The notes below the pieces were generated by a model. That model worked only from the letters and a program-made list of their open reading frames with translations. It had not been told where the DNA came from and ran no database searches. Shown in pieces: positions 8,657-17,267 of a stretch of 64,000 nucleotides of DNA. The position numbers were made by a program, and so were the translations under genes. Each line of letters opens with the position of its first letter. Position 1 is the first letter of the stretch. This DNA comes from Polyangiales bacterium. Its GTDB lineage: Bacteria; Myxococcota_A; Polyangia; Polyangiales; Polyangiaceae. The DNA lies in assembly GCA_038230375.1 (NCBI GenBank), contig JBBRNJ010000049.1, positions 1-64,000 on the forward strand, in the 5' to 3' direction.

Positions 8657-9304
8657 TCATCGTGCATCTCGTGGGACCGCGCGCTTCGTTCGACGGCGCA
8701 GCCGGACGCCCACGCAGAGAGCTGCGCCGATCCCGAGCGCACCGCTGAGCGCCTCGATGGGCGTGGTCGCAGCGGTAGCGCATCCGCCGCTCGGTGCCGA
8801 CTCGCTGGGCATGCCTCCGCCGTCCAAACCGCTGCTAGTGCCGGCGTCTGGCGGCGGATGACCTGAACGAGCGCTCCGCGAAGCTCGCCGCTCGGACACA
8901 GGTCCGTATCGATCTCGAGGTACATCCGGCTGTTCTCGAGGTCGACGTTGTCCGTGTCGCGGTAAAGCAGCATATCAACGTTGAGCAGGCCCTGTGAAGG
9001 CATGGTCGCCGCGACCACGCTCAAGTCAGCGCCCGCGTCCACCGACCTCTGGAGTCCCGCGAAGGTGACCGTTCCTTGAGTGACGAAACCGATGGCTCCG
9101 GTCACGTGGTCCACACTGTTCGCGCCCCCATCCAAGAACTGGAAGTCGCCCGTGAGATGGCCGGAGCCCGAGCCCGCGTCTGTGGCTGCGCACACAGGGA
9201 CGAGTTGGACGTCGTACGCGTCTGCGTGCGCGAGGCCCGACGATCACCGCCAACAGGGCGCGGCAAGTCGCCTTCGCGGAGCGCACTACCAGAGCGTAGC
9301 CCAT
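8657..9304 (-). pseudogene. Frameshifted secreted CHRD-like protein with MYXO-CTERM tail
   Basis: Three frames join into MGYALVV...LLAVIVG / LAHADAYDVQLVPV...MYLEIDTDLCPSGELRGALVQVI / PPPDAG...SGGCATAATT...GALGIGAALCVGVRLRRR; shifts near 9237 and 8858. Confidence 0.6.
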
Positions 9305-9399
9305 CGATCGTGCGCTGCGCGAGGCTTCGAGCTCGGGGAGGCGCCGAGAGTAAGCCCTCCACAGGGACGTCGTGTATGACCTCGCACGGTGGCGCGTTC

Positions 9400-10605
9400 T
9401 CACTCGTAGGCTGCGAGGAGCGCCTTGACCCCATCGGCGGTGATCGGCCGCGTGATGACGCCGCGCGTGGATTCGCCGCGCGCCGATGCCGGCATCCGGT
9501 GGGGGTCGACGATCAGCGCGGTGCGCGACTTCAGCTCGGGTCGCGTGTTCCAGATCAGTCGGTAGAGCGGCTTGTCACCCGCGATGCGCATCGAGGCGTT
9601 GCAGAGAACCAAGTCGATCTCCGAGAGCGCCAGCTTGTCGAGCACGGTCCACTCGTCGCTGACGCGCATGAGGTGAATGCCTGGGGATAGCGCGACCACG
9701 AGCGACTCGGTGTCGGGCTCTTCGTCCACGAGGAGAACGATCGGTGTTCGCGAGGACACGCGAGGCGCAGTCCTCAGCTTCGGCACTGGCGGGAAAGGGT
9801 CGACGGTGGTCTGGCGCTGTATCTCAGCGCGAAACGATCGGGTCGGCGGAAACGGCAGGTTCACAACCTCGTAGCCGAGCGGCGCAGTGGTGATGAGTCG
9901 AAGTGACTCCGCGCTCACCGGCTTGACGAGGCACCGGTTCCGGAGCCTCCACAGCGCGAGGTTCTGCTGCACCCTCTCGCGATGTCCCACCTCCACCAGG
10001 ATGATTGTGTCCCCAGCGAGAGCGGGCCGGCCGGCGGCTGCGATGCGGCTCACGAACCCCCATGCGCCGAACGCGCTCGTCGCCCGACACAAGACGAGCG
10101 CAGCTGTCTTGCTCGCCGCGAGCGCCCTCTTGAAGTCGGAAGTGAACGTCAATCCCGACTCGGGGAACGCCTGGCACACTGCGTCGACGACGCGCTCGTC
10201 GTTGTCAAAGACGACGACGGAGTGAGGCGCATCCCGCACGGAGTGCTTCTGCGTGCGCGCCTCGTGCTCGGCTGTGATGCGCCGGTCTTCCTCGAGCGCC
10301 TTCGTGCGCACCGACACGCGGTTCATGGCTGCGAATCGCTCGGCTCCAGACAGGGAGATCTCTGTCACTCGACCCTGCAGCCGTGGGGGGACATCTTGGA
10401 GGATGGCGATGCGATGCAGCCGCTCCTGGCGAACGATCTTGCGGAGAGCGTAGTGAACCTCGACTATGCAGCGCTGGTTCGCCTCGACATGGACGAAGAG
10501 ATCGAGCTCGTCTTCTCCCTTCGAACGCGGCGTCACCGCGTACACACCGAGCACACCCGGCACGGTCTCCAGCACAAACGCCATGTCCCCCTGCTCGGGC
10601 GTCAC
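9400..10605 (-). CDS. Multidomain protein: nucleotidyltransferase-like N-terminus plus two pseudo-receiver domains
   Basis: VPGVLGVYAVTPRSKGEDELDLFVHV; VVVFDND...LVLCR...LVKPVSAESL; IVLLVDEE...IDLVLCN...ITRPITADGV. Confidence 0.6.
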   Translation of the reverse strand: MTPEQGDMAFVLETVPGVLGVYAVTPRSKGEDELDLFVHVEANQRCIVEVHYALRKIVRQERLHRIAILQDVPPRLQGRVTEISLSGAERFAAMNRVSVRTKALEEDRRITAEHEARTQKHSVRDAPHSVVVFDNDERVVDAVCQAFPESGLTFTSDFKRALAASKTAALVLCRATSAFGAWGFVSRIAAAGRPALAGDTIILVEVGHRERVQQNLALWRLRNRCLVKPVSAESLRLITTAPLGYEVVNLPFPPTRSFRAEIQRQTTVDPFPPVPKLRTAPRVSSRTPIVLLVDEEPDTESLVVALSPGIHLMRVSDEWTVLDKLALSEIDLVLCNASMRIAGDKPLYRLIWNTRPELKSRTALIVDPHRMPASARGESTRGVITRPITADGVKALLAAYE

Positions 10606-10709
10606 TCCAGTTGAATAGCGTGTCGGGCCCGAAGCTCCAACCGCCGGGCTCGTGGAGCTGAGCCAGGACCGGCAATCTCAGCACGGCGCGACCGGGTTCC
10701 CCGACCGAG

Positions 10710-11255
10710 CTACTTCCGCGCGGTGCCAAGAAACTTCCCGGTGAACGACACTCGTACCCCACCGTCCGGCCCGTAGTCGGTCAGCCGCACGTCCGCCGTT
10801 GTGGAGAGTCCCCCAAAGAGCAGGGCTCGGTAGCTCTTGATGGTCTGCGGTGCCTCGTCGGAGCCGGGGGTCTTCGTGACGACGCCGTCGTTGAGGTCCG
10901 CGTCGGGCTTGCCGAGCTTCTCGATTGCGTCGTCGAGCGTCTTGATGTCGCGCAGTAGCTCCCGCAACCGATCCTCCTCTTCCTGGGTGATGGTCGAGAA
11001 GAATGCCGCGCGCAGCGAGCGCGGCGCGGCACCGCCGCACCACGGGCAGAACCGGATCATGGAGTACCCGGCGCGCTCGTCGAGGTGCATGAGATGGTAC
11101 TCGTTCATCTCGGCGTCGAAGGTGATCGGCACCTTCGGTTCCGCAGCGGAGCGCGCAAGGAACCTACACGCGCACGCGCGGCCGGCGCCAGCCTTCGATG
11201 GTGATGCGGGCTGCGCACGTACGGGGCGCTTCTTTGTGGGTGGACGAGAGGCCAC
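10710..11255 (-). CDS. Hypothetical protein with FCPWCG zinc-knuckle motif (DUF6980-like)
   Basis: CAC...NEYHL...MIRFCPWCG...PRSLR pattern; start 11255 or 11261. Confidence 0.55.
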   Translation of the reverse strand: MASRPPTKKRPVRAQPASPSKAGAGRACACRFLARSAAEPKVPITFDAEMNEYHLMHLDERAGYSMIRFCPWCGGAAPRSLRAAFFSTITQEEEDRLRELLRDIKTLDDAIEKLGKPDADLNDGVVTKTPGSDEAPQTIKSYRALLFGGLSTTADVRLTDYGPDGGVRVSFTGKFLGTARK

Positions 11256-11391
11256 ACCCAATCCTAGCGACTTCCGGGAGGGTCGAAAAGATGTCGACGC
11301 AAGGGGAGCGCAAGGATCGCGTGCGTCGTGTTCGGTATGCGTGCGGCTGCGCTAGGCGGCTCTTCAGGCCGCGGATAGGCTCGAGCACGAG

Positions 11392-11982
11392 ATGGCGACG
11401 CTCGATCACCACGCACGAGAGCTCCGCATGAAGCTCGTCTATGTGGGACTGGGGCTCTCTGGCAGGACGACCAACATGCACTACGTCTTCGAGCGAACAG
11501 AGCCCGAGCGCCGCACGAAGATGGTCTCAACGGTGCATGAATCCGGAAGCCGCGACCTCTCGTTCAGCCTGACGCCGCGCACACTCGCGTCCCCGGTCGC
11601 AGATCACGCACTGCGCTTCGAGCTCTGCGCCAACCCCGGAGCCGTGTGGGACCCCGCCGGCCGCCGAGCGCTGCTGCACGACGTCGACGGGGTCATCTTC
11701 ATCGTCGACTCCCAAGAGGAGCGGTTCGAAGCAGCACAAGAACAACGCGACGAACTCATCGCGCATCTCGCGTCCCACGGCCGCAAGCTGGACGACGTCG
11801 CCTTCGTCATCGCCTACAACAAGCGAGACCTACCCAACGTGCGCCCAATCGAAGATCTCCAGCGCGCCCTCAACCCAACCGAAGCCCCCCACTTCGAAAT
11901 GATCGCGCGTCAGGGAGTCGCAGTGTTTGACGCCCTGAAAGCCTGCGCCAACCAGATGCTGCAGCGAGCACCCACGCACTGA
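11392..11982 (+). CDS. Orphan, divergent MglA-family small GTPase
   Basis: Collinear with MglA: KLVYVGLGLSGRTTN, VDGVIFIVDSQ, YNKRDLPN, GVAVFDALKA; no adjacent mglB. Confidence 0.85.
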   Translation: MATLDHHARELRMKLVYVGLGLSGRTTNMHYVFERTEPERRTKMVSTVHESGSRDLSFSLTPRTLASPVADHALRFELCANPGAVWDPAGRRALLHDVDGVIFIVDSQEERFEAAQEQRDELIAHLASHGRKLDDVAFVIAYNKRDLPNVRPIEDLQRALNPTEAPHFEMIARQGVAVFDALKACANQMLQRAPTH

Positions 11983-12045
11983 TCGCCCAAAACGCGAGAA
12001 GCGCGAGCGCCTCTGTGACGAGCGCGAGAAGCGCGAGCCCTCTCC

Positions 12046-12240
12046 CACACACGAGCGCAAAGCGCGAGTCCCGCCACCCCAAGCGTCGACCCCACAGCCC
12101 ACCTGTGCTCGCGAAAGCGAGCATGGCGCTAGCCATCGTGGGGAGGCTCGCTCGCGCACGCGCGAGTGAGGGGCCGACGCGCTTCGTGATCCCCGACGGG
12201 GGAGAACGGCCCACGGAACAAAGACCGATGATGGAGACCC
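12046..12240. repeat. Structured ~195-bp direct repeat, copy 2
   Basis: Matches 8213-8406; ends 44 bp from the tRNA-proximal att copy (12285). Confidence 0.92.
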
Positions 12241-12287
12241 CGCCGGTCTCCCTCGAGAAGCCCACCCCCGCCAGAACAAACAAACAG

Positions 12288-12361
12288 TCGGGGCGAGAGG
12301 ATTTGAACCTCCGACTCCCTGGTCCCGAACCAGGTGCGCTACCAGGCTGCGCTACGCCCCG
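12288..12361 (-). tRNA. tRNA-Pro(CGG)
   Basis: CGGGGCG acceptor stem; CCTGG-TT-CGG-GA-CCAGG anticodon arm; GGAGG-TTCAAAT-CCTCT T arm; CCA not encoded. Confidence 0.97.
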
Positions 12362-12603
12362 AAACAGAGAGGCCCTGTTAGGCCGCCGGGCTGCCTCCGG
12401 TCAACCAGATTCCGCGGAGAACCAAGGGTGTGGCCCAGGCTGGGCGGCGGATCCGTTCTGAGCGCAATTGTGAATTGTTCTTGTACTTCAAGTGGTTCGC
12501 TTCGCTTTCGATTCCTTTTCGCTTCACTCTCAGCGGATCTCTGTCAAGCTGCACTGTAACTCAGGCCGTACCTACTCCCACCTCCGTACCCGAAGGTCCA
12601 CCC

Positions 12604-13215
12604 ATGGCGACGCCCGTTGTTCCTGCAGTCAAGATCCTGATCGTCGACGATGACCGCGCGATCTGCGACTACATGCAGACGCTGCTCGAGCGGGATGGCT
12701 TCGCGGTCAAGACGCTGAGCGATCCGACCAGCATCGACGACGAGGTCAAGAACGGCGGCTACCACCTGATCGTGCTCGACCTCATGATGCCCAAGCTCGA
12801 CGGCATCGAGGCGCTGAAGCGCATCCGCAAGATCGACTCGGACGTCGCCGTCGTCATCTTCACGGGCTATCCGAACCTGGAGACGGCCGTGATGTCGATG
12901 AAGCTCGACGCGGTCGACTACATCAAGAAGCCGTTCAACGTGGACGAGTTCCGCGAAGTGCTCTCGCGCGTGATGCGCAAGAAGGGCCTCGCGCGCACGC
13001 CAGAGGAGCAGCTCCACCGCGTCATTGGCGACACCATCCGCAACCTCCGCAAGGAGAAGGACCTCACGCTGAAGCAGATGTCCCGCCGGACCAACCTCAG
13101 CGTATCGCTGCTCTCCCAGATCGAGCGCGCCGAGTCGAGCGCCTCCATCTCCTCGCTCTACAAGATCGCGCTCGCGCTGGATTCCCGCATCCAGGACCTG
13201 TTCGGCGAGTTCTGA
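12604..13215 (+). CDS. Response regulator: receiver domain plus XRE-family HTH
   Basis: ILIVDDD...LDLMMP...FTG...KKPF receiver; IRNLRKEKDLTLKQMS...SVSLLSQIER HTH. Confidence 0.9.
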   Translation: MATPVVPAVKILIVDDDRAICDYMQTLLERDGFAVKTLSDPTSIDDEVKNGGYHLIVLDLMMPKLDGIEALKRIRKIDSDVAVVIFTGYPNLETAVMSMKLDAVDYIKKPFNVDEFREVLSRVMRKKGLARTPEEQLHRVIGDTIRNLRKEKDLTLKQMSRRTNLSVSLLSQIERAESSASISSLYKIALALDSRIQDLFGEF

Positions 13216-13318
13216 CCGCGCCCTGAGCGAAAAAGGGCTGCGTTCGCGGCTCATCCAGGTCTCATTCGGGGTCCCGGCGGCGTCCACACCCCTTCCGGCG
13301 TGGTAGTTTGCCCGCGCC

Positions 13319-16300
13319 ATGCGCGCCTTTTCCAACAAGCTTCTTTTCTGCGCCCTCACGGGCCTCGCCCTTGCCACGCTGTCCTCCGACGCCGCTCGCG
13401 CCGGGTGGCCGCCCGCGCCAGGCGCGAACATGCAGGACAAGGCGAACTGGCCGAACGACTTCGACGGCAGCTGGAAATACATCTCGTACCTGCCCAAGCA
13501 GGATCCGGGCACGCGCCCGTACCTCGCGGCGGATCTCAAGCTCGGCGCATCGGGCGTGAGCGTGGACAAGGCGTGGACGTACACGATCGGCCGCGACGAC
13601 GTGCACATCGCGGTACTGGACTCCGGCATCGAGTGGGACCAGCCCGACCTCGTGAACAAGGTGTGGCTCAACACCTCCGAGCTCGCGATGCACAAGCCGA
13701 AGGCGAAGGACGGCAGCGTCTGCGGAGGCGCCGGCGCGCTCGCTGGCTTCGACTGCAACAAGGACGGCATCTTCACGGTCGCCGACTACCGCGACGATCC
13801 GGCCATCTCGCCCATCGTGATGGGCGACAAGTGCTTCAAGAGCGGAGACCTCACGCAGCCCGGCGCCGACCGCATCGCAGGCGACGTGAACCACAACTGC
13901 CTCCTGGACCCCGGCGATCTCATCCGCCTCTACTCCGACAGCACCGACGACGACGCGAACGGCTACACCGACGACATCGCGGGCTGGGACTTCCTCAAGA
14001 ACGACAACGACCCGTACGACGACACGCGCTACGGCCACGGCACGGGTGAGGCACGCGACTCCACCGCCGAGGGCAACAATGGCATCGACGGCATCGGCAT
14101 GTGCCCGGGCTGCCGCTTCACGCCGCTGCGCGTGGGCGACAGCTTCATCGCTGACTCGAACGACTTCGGCAAGGCCGTGGTCTATGCGTCGGACAACGGA
14201 TACTCGGTCATCCAGGAGGCGCTCGGCACGCTGAACCAGACCGCGTTCTCCAAGGCGGCGATCGACTACGCGTACAACAAGGGGCTCCTCGTGGTGGCCA
14301 GCATGGCGGATGAGAATTCGCGGCACCACAACCTGCCCGCCACCGCGAACCACGTGCTCACCGTGCACACGGTCCGCTACAACGGCGCGAGCGAGCACGA
14401 GTCAACGACGTTCCTCTCCTTTGACACTTGCACCAACTACGGCGCGCAGCTCTCTCTGAGCATCGCGGGCGTGAGCTGCTCCTCCGAGGCGACGGGTCGT
14501 GCCTCTGGCGTCGCGGGCCTCCTCTACTCGATGGCCGCGGTGAAGGGCCTGAAGCTCAGCTCCGAGGAGGCCATCCAGCTCTTCAAGATGAACGCGGACG
14601 ACATCGACGTCGCCGAATCGCGCTCCGACAACCCGGACATCAGCGGGCAGTTCTACCAGTCGCAGGCTGGCTTCGATCAGCGCTTCGGCTACGGCCGCGC
14701 GAACGCAGCGCGCATGATGCAGTCAATCTCCGACGGCCTCATCCCGCCCGAGGTCGAGATCGTCTCGCCGGAGTGGTTCACGCCTGTGTTCGCAGATCGC
14801 GTCACCGGCTCGATCGAGCTGCGTGGCCGTGTCGCCGCCGCACGCGCGCAGAGCTACGACGTGAAGGTCGAGTGGGCTCCGGGCGTGCAGCCGCTGGAGA
14901 CCGAGTACAAGCCGCTCGCGAGCTCACTCGCGAACGTCGCCGCGGGGACGATCACGGGTGGCACCACGCCGCTCGCCACGTTCGACCCGAAGCAGCTCGA
15001 CACCACGCACCCGAAGGATCCGGACTCCAAGCACGGCGAGAACGATCGCTCGATCTCGCTCCGCGTCCACGCCGTTGCCCACTACGCCGGAGGCAAGGAC
15101 GTGCACGGCGAGGCCCGCCGCGTGATCTCCATCACGAACGAGAAGAACGGCCTCGACCGCGATCTCCTCCCCGGCTTCCCGATCAAGGCCGGCGGCTCCG
15201 CGGAGTCCAGCCCCAAGCTCGTCGACATCGACGGCGACGGTATTCGCGACATTGTCTACCCCACGTCCGATGGCAGCATCCACGCGCTCACGATGCGCAC
15301 GGGCTCGCCCGTGGAGCTCCCGGGCTTCCCGTACCGCACGCAGGTCATCGACGGGCTCAACCCGAACCTCTCTTCCGAGCCCACGGTGCCCAGCTACCGC
15401 GCCGCGCCCGCGTACCAGAAGGGGGCCGCGAACGGCATCGACCCTGACAGCGTGCGCGAGTCGGTCATGAGCGCGCCGGGCGTGATGGACCTTGATGGTG
15501 ATGGCAAGAACGAGATCGTGATCACGTCGTGGCCGGGAACGGTCTACGTGATCGACTCCAAGGGTCAGGACGCGGCCGGCTGGCCCAAGCGCATGCCCCT
15601 GGTGCCGTCGTGCTCGCCGGATCCTGCGAAGCCGAGCGCCGGTCCGTGCATGGATCTCACGCACGGCATCCTGCGCGGCATCTATGGCGCGCCCGTGATC
15701 GCGGACATCAACAAGGACAAGAAGCTCGAGATCATCGTCGCGTCGTTCGACTCGCTGATCCACGCGTACGAGCTGGACGGCAAGGAGCTCGACGGCTTCC
15801 CGGTCAACATCCACTCGCCGAAATCGACGAAGACGAACCGCATCATGACCACGCCAACCGTGGCCGACTTCAATGGCGACGGCACGCTCGACATTGCCAC
15901 CGGCTCGAACGAGGAGATCGGCGGCGGCGGCGGCGCTGGCCCTGTGTTCATCGTCGATGGGCGCGGAAACAAGGCTCCGGCGGGCCCGTACCTGCCGAAC
16001 TGGCCGATCACGATGGTGTCATTGCACCTCTTCCCCGTCGTGGCGGAAGGCGTTGACAGCTCGCAAGCCACCGCTGACTTCGATGGCGACGGAAGGCCCG
16101 ACCTGCTCGCGCAGGGCAACGGCGCGCCTCCGTTCGTGCTCAAGGGAGACCCCGGCGCGCAGCCCGGATTCGGCGATCCGCCGAACCGCTTGCCCGAGCG
16201 CACGGACTCCGACGGCAACGCAAAGAAGGGCTTCGTGCCCGGCAGCGTGTTCGGGGAGTACTCGGGCGCGACCTCGCCCGACACGTTCTTCCCGCTCTTC

Positions 16301-17005
16301 AGTCAGCCATCGATCGGCGACGTGGATCAGGACGGCGTGCCGGACGTGATCATGTCGGGCGGCTCGCTCAGCCTCGCGGGCAATCTCGCGGGCGGCGCCA
16401 CCGCGCGTCCGTTCCAGCACCTCATGGCCATGTGGAGCGGCAAGACCGGCAAGATGATGCCCGGCGCGCCGATCGTGATCGAGGACTACACGTTCCTCCT
16501 GAACCACGCGATCGCGGACATCACGGGCGACGACTACCCCGAGGTGATCACCGGCAGCGGCGGCTACTTCCTGCATGCGCTGGACGCGTGCGCGCACGAG
16601 GCCGAAGGTTTCCCCAAGTTCACGAACGGCTGGATCGCGGCAGGCGCGGCCGTGGGCGATCTGGATGGTGATCACTCGCTCGAGATCGTGTCCGGCACCC
16701 GCGACGGCTACATCTTCGCGTGGCACACGCGCGGCCGCGACGACGGCGTCATTGCGTGGGAGTCGTTCCACCACGACAACGGCAACACCGGCGACTACAG
16801 CGTGAAGCTCCCGCAGGGTGTGTTGAAGCGCGCTGCCGAGCCTATCGACTGCACGCCGCCTGTCGCGCCCACGCAGGAGCAGTTCGGCCTGGGCGGGTGC
16901 TCCGCCACCACCGCGGGCGCGCGCAAGGGCGGAATTCCCGCAGGGATCGCGCTCGCGCTCGGAGCGCTGCTCTACGTGCGCACGCGCCGCCGCCGCGCGG
17001 CCTGA
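13319..17005 (+). CDS. S8 (subtilisin-like) peptidase with FG-GAP/VCBS repeats and MYXO-CTERM sorting tail
   Basis: Signal peptide; AVLDSG, YGHGT and SCSSEATG catalytic regions; many DxDGDG repeats; GGC...hydrophobic...RRRR C-terminus. Confidence 0.85.
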   Translation: MRAFSNKLLFCALTGLALATLSSDAARAGWPPAPGANMQDKANWPNDFDGSWKYISYLPKQDPGTRPYLAADLKLGASGVSVDKAWTYTIGRDDVHIAVLDSGIEWDQPDLVNKVWLNTSELAMHKPKAKDGSVCGGAGALAGFDCNKDGIFTVADYRDDPAISPIVMGDKCFKSGDLTQPGADRIAGDVNHNCLLDPGDLIRLYSDSTDDDANGYTDDIAGWDFLKNDNDPYDDTRYGHGTGEARDSTAEGNNGIDGIGMCPGCRFTPLRVGDSFIADSNDFGKAVVYASDNGYSVIQEALGTLNQTAFSKAAIDYAYNKGLLVVASMADENSRHHNLPATANHVLTVHTVRYNGASEHESTTFLSFDTCTNYGAQLSLSIAGVSCSSEATGRASGVAGLLYSMAAVKGLKLSSEEAIQLFKMNADDIDVAESRSDNPDISGQFYQSQAGFDQRFGYGRANAARMMQSISDGLIPPEVEIVSPEWFTPVFADRVTGSIELRGRVAAARAQSYDVKVEWAPGVQPLETEYKPLASSLANVAAGTITGGTTPLATFDPKQLDTTHPKDPDSKHGENDRSISLRVHAVAHYAGGKDVHGEARRVISITNEKNGLDRDLLPGFPIKAGGSAESSPKLVDIDGDGIRDIVYPTSDGSIHALTMRTGSPVELPGFPYRTQVIDGLNPNLSSEPTVPSYRAAPAYQKGAANGIDPDSVRESVMSAPGVMDLDGDGKNEIVITSWPGTVYVIDSKGQDAAGWPKRMPLVPSCSPDPAKPSAGPCMDLTHGILRGIYGAPVIADINKDKKLEIIVASFDSLIHAYELDGKELDGFPVNIHSPKSTKTNRIMTTPTVADFNGDGTLDIATGSNEEIGGGGGAGPVFIVDGRGNKAPAGPYLPNWPITMVSLHLFPVVAEGVDSSQATADFDGDGRPDLLAQGNGAPPFVLKGDPGAQPGFGDPPNRLPERTDSDGNAKKGFVPGSVFGEYSGATSPDTFFPLFSQPSIGDVDQDGVPDVIMSGGSLSLAGNLAGGATARPFQHLMAMWSGKTGKMMPGAPIVIEDYTFLLNHAIADITGDDYPEVITGSGGYFLHALDACAHEAEGFPKFTNGWIAAGAAVGDLDGDHSLEIVSGTRDGYIFAWHTRGRDDGVIAWESFHHDNGNTGDYSVKLPQGVLKRAAEPIDCTPPVAPTQEQFGLGGCSATTAGARKGGIPAGIALALGALLYVRTRRRRAA

Positions 17006-17267
17006 ACGAACTCACCCGCCGTCGGGACAGATCGGTGAACTGGTTGCAGATCGGCCCGTCGCTGCTGCCTTCGCAGTCAAGGTCTATCGCGCAGTGAAAC
17101 ACGCCTGGGTTTGGGTGGCAGGACGCGTCGCCTTTGCAGTACGCGTAAGGATCCGGCTGGCACGTTTGCGAAGGACCACAGCTCGTCGCCCAGTCGAGCG
17201 TGCATGCCGCCGAGCCGAACGCCAGCGACACACCCATCACCAACACACCCAGGAAGGAGGACTTCAT
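16842..17267 (-). pseudogene. Cys-rich lipoprotein, probably 3'-truncated
   Basis: Good signal and lipobox (GSAAC) plus ~55 Cys-rich residues, then runs antisense about 160 bp into the S8 gene. Confidence 0.4.

Larger units (their letters stand above)
8447..12304. mobile_element. Small integrase-less genomic island inserted in tRNA-Pro(CGG)
   Basis: Bounded by 20-bp direct repeats of the tRNA 3' end; accessory or decayed cargo; no recombinase ORF inside. Confidence 0.7.
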
